From: Chloropicon primus
Lineage: Eukaryota
Length of the DNA: 64,000 bases
Direction of reading: 5' to 3'
Assembly: GCA_023205875.1 (NCBI GenBank)
Contig: CP060762.1
Coordinates: 682,001 to 746,000, forward strand
This document shows, one piece after another, positions 35,965-47,055 of this stretch. How positions within the stretch are numbered: the first letter of the stretch is position 1; each line of letters opens with the position of its first letter. Under the pieces are notes generated by a model, which was not told the origin of the DNA, ran no database searches, and saw only the letters and a list, made by a program, of their open reading frames with translations. The position numbers and the translations under genes were made by a program.

Positions 35965-37551
35965 ATGGTGGAGGAGCTTCAGGACTTGGCGGTGGAGGGG
36001 GAGACGAGTGGGTTTATAAGGGAGCAGCTCCTGATGCAAAAGAACAGCGGGGTCCTGGCCTCCAGCACGGACGAGGAGGAGCTGTTGAACGAGGTGCCGG
36101 AGCCAAGGGAAGTGAGCAGCAGGGACTTTATTAGCGACGGGGAGGTGAGCGCCTCTGGAAGCGGGTTGATCAACGGGTTCACGATTCTGGCAGCGGCGAG
36201 GGCGCGCCTGCCCGAGGAGGTCCACGTTGCGGACCTCTCCGGCCAGGGGTACGACACCTTCGAGGAGGAGGACCTGGAGTACTTCCACAACTTGAGGCTG
36301 CTGGACTTGAGCGACAACCGCCTCGGGAGCGTGGAGGAGCTGAGTCGGCTGAGGCTGACCGAGCTCAGGGCTCCCGTGAACAACCTGAGGGAGCTCAACG
36401 TGAGCTTCAGAGGGGCCTTCGCCAGCCTCAAGGTCCTTGACGTGTCTTACAACGAGCTCGGGCCAAAGGCGCTGGAGGAGCTCTCGACGCTGTCCAGTCT
36501 GACCAAGCTGGACATGTCAGGGAACAACTTGGGTGGGCTGGAGAGGCTTGGGCTCAAGCCCCTCTCCGGATTCCCCAGACTCCGCACCCTCGTCTTGGAA
36601 CAGGCCAAGCTTCGGTCCACGGACTTGACCAAGCTGAAGCAAATCCCGTGGCTGTCCGAGCTCAAGATGGCCAACAACCCCATCGAGGAGATCCCCCCGC
36701 AGTGCGAGGGCGGGTTTGCTTCCCTTGAGGTCATCGACTTGAGCTTCTGCGCCTTGCTGATGCTCGACAGCGTCGCCGTGGCGCAGGACTTCCCCAAACT
36801 GCGCAAGGTGCTGATGCACGGCAACAACATCTTGCCCCAAGGCAGGCTGTCGCGCCACCCGCTGAGTTCCAAGGTCTCCCTGGAGAAGGAGGACAAGGGC
36901 CTCGGCCTTGCCGCGAGGAAGAAGGGCTTCACCGTGTCGCAGATGTACAACATAAACATGAAGAAGGCTGACCTGGTGACGCCGAACTCGAGGATGCAAG
37001 CGTTTTGCAACTTGACGGAGGAGGAGATCGACGAGGCCTTTGAGAGGCTCAAGGACCCAATGTCCATCTTCAGCGCGGAGGACTACGAGACGGTGGAGGG
37101 GGCGAGCACGAGCCAGGGCGAGGGGGAGAAGGAGGAGGAATCTTCGACTTTCTTGACGAGCCTGGTGGAGGAGGAGGACCAGAGCGAGTCGGAGGCCCAG
37201 GAGGAGCTGGATCCGTCCAGCAAGCTCGCAAAGGCGTTTGGCCTCGACCCGGGAAAGATATTTTCGGTGGATCACTTGGGTCTGGACGCGACCGCGGCAA
37301 TCAATGCCCTCAAGTTCGCCCTGAACCACCCTCTGGTGGACTACAACGACACGGGAAAGATCGAGCATCACATGAAGCTCACGGAGAGCGCGCAGAGGAG
37401 GAAGCTCGAAACGAGGAGGATAAGCTCCGCGGTGACGACGAGCAAGCCCAAGGCCTCGAAGAGGAAGGAGGCAATCCAGGACATGCTGGCGCGGATGAAG
37501 GAGAAGCTTGCCATCGCCAAGGAAAAGATTGCCGCTGTTCCGGCCTCCTGA
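35965..37551 (+). CDS. Leucine-rich repeat protein, XRRA1-like
   Basis: LRRs (LRLLDLSDNRL, LKVLDVSYNEL, LTKLDMSGNNL), then an acidic linker, AINALKFALNHPL and a coiled-coil end. The layout is reminiscent of XRRA1. Confidence 0.75.
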   Translation: MVEELQDLAVEGETSGFIREQLLMQKNSGVLASSTDEEELLNEVPEPREVSSRDFISDGEVSASGSGLINGFTILAAARARLPEEVHVADLSGQGYDTFEEEDLEYFHNLRLLDLSDNRLGSVEELSRLRLTELRAPVNNLRELNVSFRGAFASLKVLDVSYNELGPKALEELSTLSSLTKLDMSGNNLGGLERLGLKPLSGFPRLRTLVLEQAKLRSTDLTKLKQIPWLSELKMANNPIEEIPPQCEGGFASLEVIDLSFCALLMLDSVAVAQDFPKLRKVLMHGNNILPQGRLSRHPLSSKVSLEKEDKGLGLAARKKGFTVSQMYNINMKKADLVTPNSRMQAFCNLTEEEIDEAFERLKDPMSIFSAEDYETVEGASTSQGEGEKEEESSTFLTSLVEEEDQSESEAQEELDPSSKLAKAFGLDPGKIFSVDHLGLDATAAINALKFALNHPLVDYNDTGKIEHHMKLTESAQRRKLETRRISSAVTTSKPKASKRKEAIQDMLARMKEKLAIAKEKIAAVPAS

Positions 37552-37905
37552 GCGGTGTCACCACAAGGTAAGCAGGTTTTGAGAAGATCCAGCCTCGGGG
37601 AAAGAATCTCTCTCTCTCTTTCTCTCTCTGCCTCCCTCTCTCTCCATGCCAGGTTCCAGCTCCCGGAATGAAAAACAAAGCGTGTGTTTTGGGTTCCTGA
37701 AAACTTGGCTAGATCTCCCTCGGGTACAATACCTATTCCTCCCTGTTTGCGATTGACTTGGTGGAAGAACTCCCGATACATTTTTTGTCCCTCTCTGCAA
37801 GACCTGTGGAGCTGACCCATCTTTGCTCTTCCGCCTCTCCCAGTGGCAGGAACTCGTCGAGTTTTACTTGTTGTATATTGTAACGCACAAAGAAGATTTT
37901 GTCAT

Positions 37906-40017
37906 TTATTTCGAGATCGCGGTCATCTCCTCCTCTTTCAACTTCTTCTCCTGAACCCTCCACATCTTGTTGTACATCGTTCCCGGGTCTGACAGGAGCT
38001 CCTCGTGGCTCCCGGTTTCCACGATCTTTCCCTCCGACAGCACGTAAATCCTGTCGCAGTGCTGCACCGTGCTCAAGCGGTGTGAGATGAAGAGACAAGT
38101 CCTCCCCTTGGCCACGCTCTGGAGAGTCGTCATGATCTCCGCCTCGGTGGCAGAGTCCAGGCTGCTCGTGGCCTCATCGCACACGAGGAGCCTCGGCTGC
38201 CTCAGGATGGCCCTCGCGATGGCAATCCTCTGCCTTTCCCCCCCACTCAGCTTGATTCCACGCTCCCCCACCACAGTCTGAGCCCCGAGGGGCAAGGAAG
38301 AGATGAGCTTGTCCAGCTGGGCACCCTTCATTGCCGCCAAAACCTCGTCCCTCGAGGCTCCCTGATCGCCATAGGCCACGTTGTTGTAGATCGTGTCGTT
38401 GAACATCAATGTGTCCTGTGGAATGAGTGCCATCGAGGGCCTCAGGGTCGAGAGCTGGTAGGACTGGATCGGCGTGCCGTTGACCAGCACATCGCCGCTG
38501 TCCACGTCGTACAGCCTGAGAATCATCCGCAGAAGGGTGCTCTTTCCAGAGCCGGACGCTCCAACGACCGCCACGGATTCTCCAGGATTCACCCTGAGGT
38601 CCACTCCTCGGAGTATCTTCCTGTCCTCCTGGTACGAGTACTCGGCGTTCCTCATCTCGATGGAGAGGCCCGACCGAGAGGCGATGGACGACGACGACGG
38701 CGGCGCGAGAGCAACGCTCCCGTCTTTCAGGTTGCTCGACGTCATCAGGATCTCGAGCATCGCCTCCAAGTCCACAAAGCAATTCTTCAAGCTCGAGTAG
38801 TACCAGCCCAAAAACTGCAGGGGTTCCAGGAGCTGCAGCAAAAGAGCCTGAACCAGGACGATGTCCCCGACCGACATGGTCCCCTGGAAGCAACCCAGAA
38901 CAGTCAAGACGAGAGAGGAGGTGATCCCCATGGCAATGATTGCGCCCTGACCCGCATTCATGGTGGCGCTCGAGTACACGTTGAGCAAAGAAAAGTGCTG
39001 GTACTGTCTCAAGAGCTTGTTATAGCTGCTCAGCTCCGTCCCCTCGTTCCCGGTGAGAACTACTTGCTCGTAATTCAAAAGGGTGTCAGCCAACTTGGCG
39101 GAGACCTGGATGTCCTTCTCTATGCTCTCCTTCCTCTGCTTCGCGGCGACCTGAGTCCAGTGCACCGTCCAGCAAAAGTAGCCGACGAACGTTAGGACCA
39201 AGATGCTCGCGAGCTGCAGGGAGAACTGGTTGGCCACGTAGCCGCACACCAGCGTCCACTCCACGAGTGTTGGAATCAGGGTCAGGACCGACGTCCTGAA
39301 GAAGGTGAGAATCGCTCTGATTCCTCTCTCCACTATATTGATGACGCCCCCCGTCTGCCTGGACACGTGGAAAGTCGAGTCCAAGCTGAACAAGTGGGCA
39401 AACACTTTGAGGGCTAGAAACCTTGAGAGCTCTTGGCTGAGCGGAGCGAAGATGACGTGGCGCGCCTCGCTCGCCAAGGACTTGAGGGCCTTCAGCAGTC
39501 CGGAAGCCAGGAGAATCGCCACGGCGACCTTCAAGCCCCCCGCCGCGGTTATCGAGCTCCCCGACCCCTCCTGGATCACGCCGTCCACCGCCCTCTTGAA
39601 GAGGATGGCGCTCTGAATTCCCGCAAACTTGCCCCCGAAAGTCAGCAAAAAGGCCGGCAGGAGTCTCCAAGTGTGCCTATGCCCCGTGAATAGCAGCTGG
39701 AAAAGCCAAAAGCCTATGTCCCTCCCCGAGTTGGACTCCGGGAGAAGGAGCTCCTTCGCGTCCCTGAGCTCCCGCTCCTCATACTCATCGCCCCGCCACT
39801 CCGCCACCGCCCTCACCCCCCTCTTCCTCCAACCTCCTGCTGATGCTGCCCTGCACCCCCGGCACCACACGCGTTGGCTCTGCGAACTCTCCGTACTCTT
39901 CGCCCTCCTCGTCGTGGCAAAGGCCTCCACCCTCCTCGGCATCCTCGTCCTCGTCCTCGTCCTCACCCTCATCCTCATCCTCGTCGTCGTCGTGGTTCTC
40001 ATCCAATTCTGCGTCAT
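37906..40017 (-). CDS. ABCB half-transporter, ATM1/ABCB25-like (organelle-targeted)
   Basis: FHVSRQTGG, GASGSGKST (Walker A), IPQDT.MFNDTI, VGERGIKLSGGERQR, LVCDEATSSLD, SHRLST. Start codon uncertain (40017 or 40002). Confidence 0.9.
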   Translation of the reverse strand: MTQNWMRTTTTTRMRMRVRTRTRTRMPRRVEAFATTRRAKSTESSQSQRVWCRGCRAASAGGWRKRGVRAVAEWRGDEYEERELRDAKELLLPESNSGRDIGFWLFQLLFTGHRHTWRLLPAFLLTFGGKFAGIQSAILFKRAVDGVIQEGSGSSITAAGGLKVAVAILLASGLLKALKSLASEARHVIFAPLSQELSRFLALKVFAHLFSLDSTFHVSRQTGGVINIVERGIRAILTFFRTSVLTLIPTLVEWTLVCGYVANQFSLQLASILVLTFVGYFCWTVHWTQVAAKQRKESIEKDIQVSAKLADTLLNYEQVVLTGNEGTELSSYNKLLRQYQHFSLLNVYSSATMNAGQGAIIAMGITSSLVLTVLGCFQGTMSVGDIVLVQALLLQLLEPLQFLGWYYSSLKNCFVDLEAMLEILMTSSNLKDGSVALAPPSSSSIASRSGLSIEMRNAEYSYQEDRKILRGVDLRVNPGESVAVVGASGSGKSTLLRMILRLYDVDSGDVLVNGTPIQSYQLSTLRPSMALIPQDTLMFNDTIYNNVAYGDQGASRDEVLAAMKGAQLDKLISSLPLGAQTVVGERGIKLSGGERQRIAIARAILRQPRLLVCDEATSSLDSATEAEIMTTLQSVAKGRTCLFISHRLSTVQHCDRIYVLSEGKIVETGSHEELLSDPGTMYNKMWRVQEKKLKEEEMTAISK

Positions 40018-40233
40018 TTCTTCCAAGCGACCGGTCAAAGGAAAGAGCAAGAGACCCTCTACCTGATGACACCGCGTTCCTCTTCCTCTTCCTCCGCCTC
40101 CGCCTCCGCCTCGTCCTCGAAGGTGGCGACGACGCTGGTGACGACGACAGCCAAGATCGAGATCTCCAGACTTATCCTGAACCATTTAAACTAACGGGAG
40201 GTGTTGTGTGGTGTTGATAGGAGGAGACAACCA

Positions 40234-40878
40234 ATGGGGCCTCGTGGCGTCACGAGGAGGGACGGGGGCGTGATGAGGGTGGAACCGACGGATAGATCGT
40301 CTCGTCCTCTTTCGACAGAGCACTCGTTCGGCCGTGGTGGCTCACGAACGCGGCGAAGGTTTCGGGAAGGACGTCTGTGCTGCTGGGGCCAGAGTAGGGT
40401 TGAGGATTTGGATCTGCTTGGACTCCGTGGCGACAGGAAGGTCTCGAGGGCAGAAGTCAGTCGAGCGTACAGGGATTCGATGAAGAGGTGGCACCCCGAC
40501 CTTCCGGGGGGGAGTCTGGAGCGGGCCACCGCCATAAACGAGGCTTACGAGCGGATTATGGAATCCGTCGTCGTCGATGTTGATGATGTTGTTGTTGTTG
40601 TTGTTGATGATGATGACGTTGTTGTGGACTCGGAAGAGGGGCCTTCTTGGTCCGGGGCGTCCACGGCTCCGGGGGATCCCACGGCATTGTTTGAGTGGGA
40701 GGGCGAAGCGTACTGGCTGACGCCCGGCCAGGTGAAGGAGTGCGAGTTCATCGCGAGCAAGGGCTGGGTGGACGAGTGCTTCGTCATGCTGCGTGAGTTT
40801 CGTTACGCGAATGATCGCTGGTGGGGCGCGCGCGAGAAAAGGCAGAGGGAGCGGCGTGGCCCGGACGAAAGCGCATGA
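40234..40878 (+). CDS. Small J-domain (DnaJ type III) protein, probably plastid-targeted
   Basis: VSRAYRDSMKRWHPDL..ATAINEAYERI with HPD motif; Arg/Ser-rich N-terminus. Confidence 0.78.
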   Translation: MGPRGVTRRDGGVMRVEPTDRSSRPLSTEHSFGRGGSRTRRRFREGRLCCWGQSRVEDLDLLGLRGDRKVSRAEVSRAYRDSMKRWHPDLPGGSLERATAINEAYERIMESVVVDVDDVVVVVVDDDDVVVDSEEGPSWSGASTAPGDPTALFEWEGEAYWLTPGQVKECEFIASKGWVDECFVMLREFRYANDRWWGAREKRQRERRGPDESA

Positions 40879-40917
40879 ATTTGGCCTGCTGTTGTACACT
40901 ACTACTACATGCATGTA

Positions 40918-42319
40918 CTACACTTCCTCGTCCAACCACTGGTTCAGTGTGTTTGTAGCTCCCCTGGCCCCGGACTCCCTCACCTCCTTCCTCTTCCGCC
41001 TCTTCTTCTCCTTGGCGTACTCTTTCAGCACACGTTCCCTTCTCAAGATGTAAGCATAACGGAACCTCTCTGCGATGGGGATCTGGTCTTTCAAGCTCAG
41101 CCTCGCCGCGGCAGCCTCGAGTCCTGGAGGGTGGTCCCCTGGCTCGGCCCTCGCCTCCCACGGCATCATCTTTTCCCCCGTCTTGTTCCAGCTCCTCCTT
41201 GTGCTGAACACCTCGCCTCTCAGGGATTCCACCCCCATGGAATCGAGAAGATCCTCCAGGTCCTTCGGCGACAAGTCAACCTCCCCGTGAATCACTTGGA
41301 ACGTCGTCGGCTTCCTCGATTCCCTGAGAAGCCTTGATGGCGAAGAGCTCTTGGGGTCAGCAAACAAAACGGATGATTGACTGTTGCATCCCGTTTCGGG
41401 GGAGCGGCCAATGTTACGCCGGTGGTGGCGGTGGTTCGGTTTCGCTGACTCAGACCAAGTGTTAAATATTTATCCAGTCATGTTTGGAAAAGTCCAGCAG
41501 AAGTTCCAATCATCGTCAACGAGCACCTCTCACTATCGTCCACCCCAGAAGAAAGAAAACACGCGCGGCAAGACTTACCTTGTTCTCGCGCAGTGCGTTT
41601 TGACCCACTCCTCGACTTCCTTTGGGCAGTCTGGCCAGACCAATTCAGACAGCTGGGCGAGCTTCCCCTCCTCGTCCTCGAAAGAAGAGAGGTGATCCTC
41701 CCAGGAATCGATCGAGGAGTCCCTGAGCGGAGGAGAGACAATCAATCACCGCGAAGAAACGCGCGAGGAGTCAGTTCTCCCCGTCGCCCCCCAACCACTC
41801 CATTCCACACGTGCACAACTCCTTCGTGAGTTGGACTTACCCTTGGTCCTCCAGCCGGGGCAACACAGCTTTGAGCTGGTTCAAGTGCAGGCGGTAGCGC
41901 TCTTGGCTGACGTACTTGTCCAGGTCGCGGAGCTCCAGGTGCTCGAGGTCTCTGCAGTGTCGCGCCAATAGCGGAAAGACGTCGCCTTCGAGAACGCACC
42001 CAGCCAGGTTGATCGCTCTCAGCCTTGTCAAGCTTCCGAACACGGACTGGGCAAAGTTCTCCACCCTTACGAGCTCGCTACCAGTGGAGGCCAAGTCCAA
42101 ATATGACCAGTCGTTGGTGTCCACAAGACACTCCACCGCTCGGCCAAGCAGGGCCTTTCTCTTCGCCCCCGCGAACAACACCGCCCTGTGCCTCGCCGAG
42201 AGAACGTAAACCAGATGCTCTCCTGCAGCATCCAGGACCTCGTCCAAATGCTCCACCAGGTGCCGGAGCACCACATCTTGCAGCGTGGGAACCATGTGTC
42301 CATCCACCCGCCCCGTCAT
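40918..42319 (-). CDS. Uncharacterised RNI-like/LRR protein (3 exons)
   Basis: Exons 42319-41841, 41722-41579 and 41380-40918 join in frame via GTAAGT..CAG introns. VPTLQDVVLRHL, LTRLRAINLAGC, HCRDLEHLEL; basic C-terminus. Confidence 0.7.
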
Positions 42320-42573
42320 GAGAGGTCAAGGTCAAGGTCTGGCCTCGGCAACGGCATCCCTCTTGCGTTCCCTTCCGTGGCGCACGTCATTGGAAAGCCC
42401 TCGCGACGACGAAGAAGAAGAAGAAGAAGGAGAAGGAGAGGGATGAGGAGGAGCGCCGCCCGTTCCTCCCTCGCGGTCCTCGCGGTCCTCGCGTCGTCGC
42501 GTCGCGTGTGCGTGATTGATCGCGATCGCGATGGAGACAAAACAAAGGGATCGATCGTGGGATCGCGCGCGCG

Positions 42574-43904
42574 ATGGCGCTCATGGGGGTCGGCAGAGGG
42601 CGGATGGCAGGGGCGAGGCGTGGGTTGGGGGCGAGGGCGAGGGCGACGAGGGGGTTTGCGGGATGGAAGCCTCCGCCGGAACGAGAACGGGAGCAAGGAC
42701 TGCACGAGAGGGTGAGGCGGAGGAAGGGGAAAGGGCGGAAGGGGGAAAGGGATGGGAGGGGGAGGGCTTCGGGGGAGTCGCTGAATGCGGGGAAGGCGAG
42801 GCCTCTGAGGGGGGACGCGGAGCCGCACATCAAGGAGGTCAAGGCGAGGGGTGAGGCCGGGGAAACGGAAAAGGAAAGGGCGAGGAGAGTCGTGGACGCT
42901 TTCGTGAGGTTCACCAGGCCACACACCATGATGGGGACCGCCATAAGCGTGACCTCCGTGTCCCTTCTGGCGCTGAGGAACTCCGCGGACATCGGAGGAG
43001 CCTTCGTGGCGAGCGTGGTCATCGCTTTGGTCGCGGCCCTGGCCATGAACATCAGCATCGTGGGCCTCAACCAAGTGTACGACGTGGATATTGACAAGGT
43101 GAACAAGCCGTACCTGCCCTTGGCGAGCGGCGAGTTCTCTGAGGGCACCGGGAAGGCCATCGTCTTAGGCACCGCACTGTTCAGTCTTGCGATAGGTAAG
43201 TCCAGAGACCAAGGCGCGCGACTGAGCCAGGAGACTCACTGCTGCTCTTCATTCCACTTTTTTTTTTGACTCCTCTCTCTCCAGGTGTTGCCTCCGGGTC
43301 TCTGCCTCTGATGCTCACGCTGGTCGCGAGCTTGCTGCTGGGGATCTTTTACTCGGCAGACTTGCCCTTGCTGCGCTGGAAGAGGTTCCCAGTCCTGGCT
43401 GCCATGTGCATCCTGGCGGTGCGGGCGGTGATCGTGCAGCTCGGGTTCTTCAATCACGTCAGGTCGGCCTTGACTCTCCACGTGGGATCCGTCGTCAAGG
43501 ACCGCTTCGAGTGGGCAAGCTCCTTGGGTTTGGTGTTTGGAACCGGGTTTATGGTCCTCTTTTCGGTCGCCATTGCGCTGTTCAAGGACCTTCCTGACAT
43601 CGTGGGGGACGAGAAGGCAGGGATCAAGACCCTGAGCGTCGTCCTGGGCCGGGACTTCGTCTTCAGGGCCTGCAACGCCCTGTTGATGGCGGCCTACGCC
43701 TCGGCCGTGGCGGTGGGTCTGTTCTGTACGAACGTGTGGTGGAGCAAGGCGATCACTGTGGGCGCCCACTCTATTCTCGGGCTCGCCCTGGTCCGCCGGT
43801 CCCGCGACGTCGATCTGTCGAGCTCGGACTCCCTGTACTCGTTCTACATGTTCATCTGGAAACTCTTTTACGCGGAGTACTTGCTTCTTCCGTTCATACG
43901 GTGA
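42574..43904 (+). CDS. VTE2: Homogentisate phytyltransferase (UbiA family; tocopherol synthesis), 2 exons
   Basis: Intron 43196-43284. RFTRPHT, IVGLNQVYDVDIDKVNKPYLPLASGEFS, ALFKDLPDIVGD, FYMFIWKLFYAEYLLLP. These match HPT-type rather than HST-type variants. Confidence 0.9.
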
Positions 43905-44026
43905 GGTTCCGCGCGGTGCATCCTCGGTCCATGGATGCTGCTGATGGATCCCACGTCCCTCCTCAAAATAAAACCCAAGTTCTTCGTTGGCATCACTGAT
44001 GTCTTCTGTATTCTATCTATGTTTCA

Positions 44027-44391
44027 TCCCCTCCTCCTCCTCCTGTCTCTTTATCCCGTTCCAAGGATCCGATGGATGTTGCCTTTGGTTCCTCCTCCTG
44101 TCTCTCCCTCTTTATCCCGTTCCAAGGATCGGATGGACGATACCTTTGGTTCCTCCTCTTCCTGTCTCTTTATCCCGTTCCAAGGATCGGATGGACGATA
44201 CCTTTGGTTCCTCCTCTTCCTGTCTCTTTATCCCGTTCCAAGGATCGGATGGACGATACCTTTGGTTCCTCCTCTTCCTGTCTCTTTATCCCGTTCCAAG
44301 GATCGGATGGACGATACCTTTGGTTCCTCCTCTTCCTGTCTCTTTATCCCGTTCCAAGGATCGGATGGATGATGCCTTTGGTTCCTCCTGT
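44027..44391 (+). repeat. 58-bp minisatellite, about 6 copies
   Basis: tttatcccgttccaaggatc starts at 44050, 44111, 44169, 44227, 44285 and 44343 (spacing 61, 58, 58, 58, 58). Central copies are identical and the flanking copies are degenerate. Confidence 0.95.
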
Positions 44392-45036
44392 CTTTGTCCT
44401 CGTCCAGTGTCGCTCCAGTGGAGTCGAGTCCAGTGGAGAGGTCACCCTGTGGTCTGAGGAGCCACGCCTGGCCGTCCCGGGGTTGGGAACGGGTTCCCCT
44501 TTCCTCCATGTTGCCGCCCTCTCCCTCGACCGTTGATTTGTCCGTTGTTCATTAACTTAAGAAAATACGACACAACGAAATTGAAATCAAATCCATCCAG
44601 TGACAGACAAGATCCAGAGGGGAACCATCAGAGCGACGAGGACGGCGACCAGGACGACGGCGACGAGGACGGCGAGGACGACGAGGACGACGGCGACGAG
44701 GAGGAGGACACTGGCCAGTGGCGTGACGGGCAATCCATTCAATCGACACTCTGCGATACGAGTTGGGAGGTTGGAAATAAGGACGGTGGAAACCCTTCCC
44801 TTTGTACGACACGACACAGGGGCACAGGGCGGCACGAGGAGGAACACGAAGCTACGGTTATACGACGAGAGGTGGTGGACAGGGAAAGGGTAGGGAGGGG
44901 ACGAAGACAGGAAGGTGTGGACGGGAGGGTTTCGATTGCGGCAACAGGACGCACACACACACGCACACACACACACACAGAGGAAAGGCGTGTGGTTCGT
45001 TGAACAGATAGATAGCTAGATAGAACTTAGTTAGGG

Positions 45037-45364
45037 ATGAGGAGCTTGCACATTGACTGGGACGATGAAAACCTTGACAAGGTGAGTTGAGCGTGAAGAC
45101 AGAAGATCGATCGGAGAAACAAGATCGTGAGCGACGGCTTTCTGACTCTTACCGCTTTGCTCTCGACTTTTTAGGACGAACTGAAGGAGGTGGACAGCTA
45201 CTTCAGTTACCAGACGGATGACAACGAATCCGACGGGACGGAGTACTGCGTGAACAGCGTCGATTACACCACGATGCCACTGCAGGTGCCCGAGAGCTTG
45301 TCACGCAAAGGTGAGCCAACCTCTGCTCCGATCCTTCCTCACGGCACCGGCCCACTGACACAAG

Positions 45365-45397
<33 letters not shown>

Positions 45398-46271
45398 CCT
45401 TGTTGCATTCCTGAAAGATTTAAACTTGGACCTCTTCTGCGAGCCGGAGGGGTACAGAGACTGGCTGACGACGGCGTACGACTCGCCGGTGTCCACCCTG
45501 ATCGACATCGACATCCACGGCGAGTCCGTTGCCGACCAGCGTGTCTCCCCGTACTACACGGAGTACGGCATGTCCTTTGACGGCTTCGGCATATCTTATG
45601 TACCGTACGGGGAGGCTCAGGGCAGGCTGCTGGTGGAAGGAGACTTTGACGGAAACTGCAGCAGCCTGCGGTCCGAGTACAGCGACAGCCGAAGGGGCGG
45701 CAAGGCGGGCAGGGAGCACGACTGCACGGCCACCAGTCCGGTGAAGGGCGAGCTGAAGCGGACCAAGTCCGGGAACTACATCTGCAGTAGGGGCTCCATG
45801 TCCCGCAAGAGGGAAAGGGAATCCAAGGCAGAGGACTTGGATTACGGCTCCGGGGGCGAGAACTCCACCTTTGACATGAGGAAGCACACCGCCAAGACCA
45901 ACAGCCGGGGGGACAGCCACGGCAGCGTGGTCAACACTTCCATCCTCGAGCAGGACCGCGCCAAGTTCAAGCCCCACAGCATCAAGGCCTCCATCTTCCA
46001 GGTTCTGGAGGAGGCCGGGCCTCGCGGGCTCCAGGTGGCTCAGATCGTCGAGGTGACCCAGGAGAGGGGCATGAAGGACTGGCGGGGCGTCCTGACGCCC
46101 AAGTGCACGGTCTCCGCCTCTTGCTCCACTGACCCCGTCTTTGTCCGCGTGGCCCCGGGAACCTTTACGCTCCGCGCCTTGCTGGACATGAGCAGCATTC
46201 CTGTCGCCAAGTCCACGACGCTCAGGAAGAGGAAGAGGACGAGGACGTCTTACCACCAGTGCTACGCCTGA
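45037..46271 (+). CDS. HARE-HTH (HB1/ASXL-type winged helix) domain protein (3 exons)
   Basis: Exons 45037-45081, 45175-45310 and 45418-46271. C-terminal KPHSIKASIFQVLEEAGPRGL..MKDWRGVLTPKCTVSASCSTDPVFVRVAPGTFTLR, then NLS-like RKRKRTR. Confidence 0.8.
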
Positions 46272-46589
46272 TTGAACGACCCCAAGAGGATTGAAGACCG
46301 CGAATGATTTTTTCTCTGGTGGTACCTGGGAGTGCGAAAGACAGTCAGACAGAGAGAGAGAGAGAGAGGCTCTCGTTGACGTTGACGGCCTTGCCTTTCT
46401 GAAAAAAAAAAACCATCACTTATGAAACGTATAAATATTGCTATAAGTACAACCACGAAACACGAGAAGAACGTCCCTCCTCCCTCCTCCGTTCCCCTTT
46501 TATGCCACCAGGAGAGAGGCGAGTGGAGTACACACCCCATTCCGGGGAGAAGGCTTTGGTCCCAAAGAGAAGACATCCATCGCGTTGAC

Positions 46590-46622
46590 GCATCGCATCG
46601 CATCGCATCGCATCGCATCGCA
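46590..46622 (+). repeat. (GCATC)n pentamer microsatellite
   Basis: gcatcgcatcgcatc... read directly. Confidence 0.8.
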
Positions 46623-47055
46623 ATCACCCCATTGCCCTTTGTCCCTGTCTTCCCTGCCTTCCTTTCCGGTATTCTGTGAGAAACGTCACGACTTTGTCCG
46701 TCACGGCTTTGTGGCTCTAAAGCTTCCAGCGGGATCAACGTTTGAGGTGGAGAGGTGCGCCACTGCTGGCACAGCCTCCGCGACTCAAGCAGAGGGAGAA
46801 ACACGCCGCATTGAACGAATCGAAGATCTAAACAATCCACTGGTTTGTCCTCAACCTCCAAACAGACCAAGGGTTAGGTGCGCTTGACGGACACGGGACC
46901 TCAACCACATCATCTTCTGGACAACCTTCCTCTGATTATCAACGTCATCATCATCATCATCAGCAGCATCGTCGTCGTCAATAGACCCATCACGTGGAGG
47001 TGAGAGAGGTTGGTTGATTGGTTGGAGGTCGAGGGATAGCAGGAGCGGTTGTGGC

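Noticed and set aside
44027..44391. CRISPR array, or the three repeat-derived ORFs at 43935-44536
   Set aside because: Units are contiguous with no unique spacers, there are no cas genes and the context is eukaryotic. The ORFs merely cycle through the frames of a stop-free 58-mer.
44533..45003. Acidic 156-aa ORF
   Set aside because: No ATG start, and it is built from GAC/GAG and CA microsatellites. It is more likely the promoter or 5' UTR of the HARE-HTH gene.
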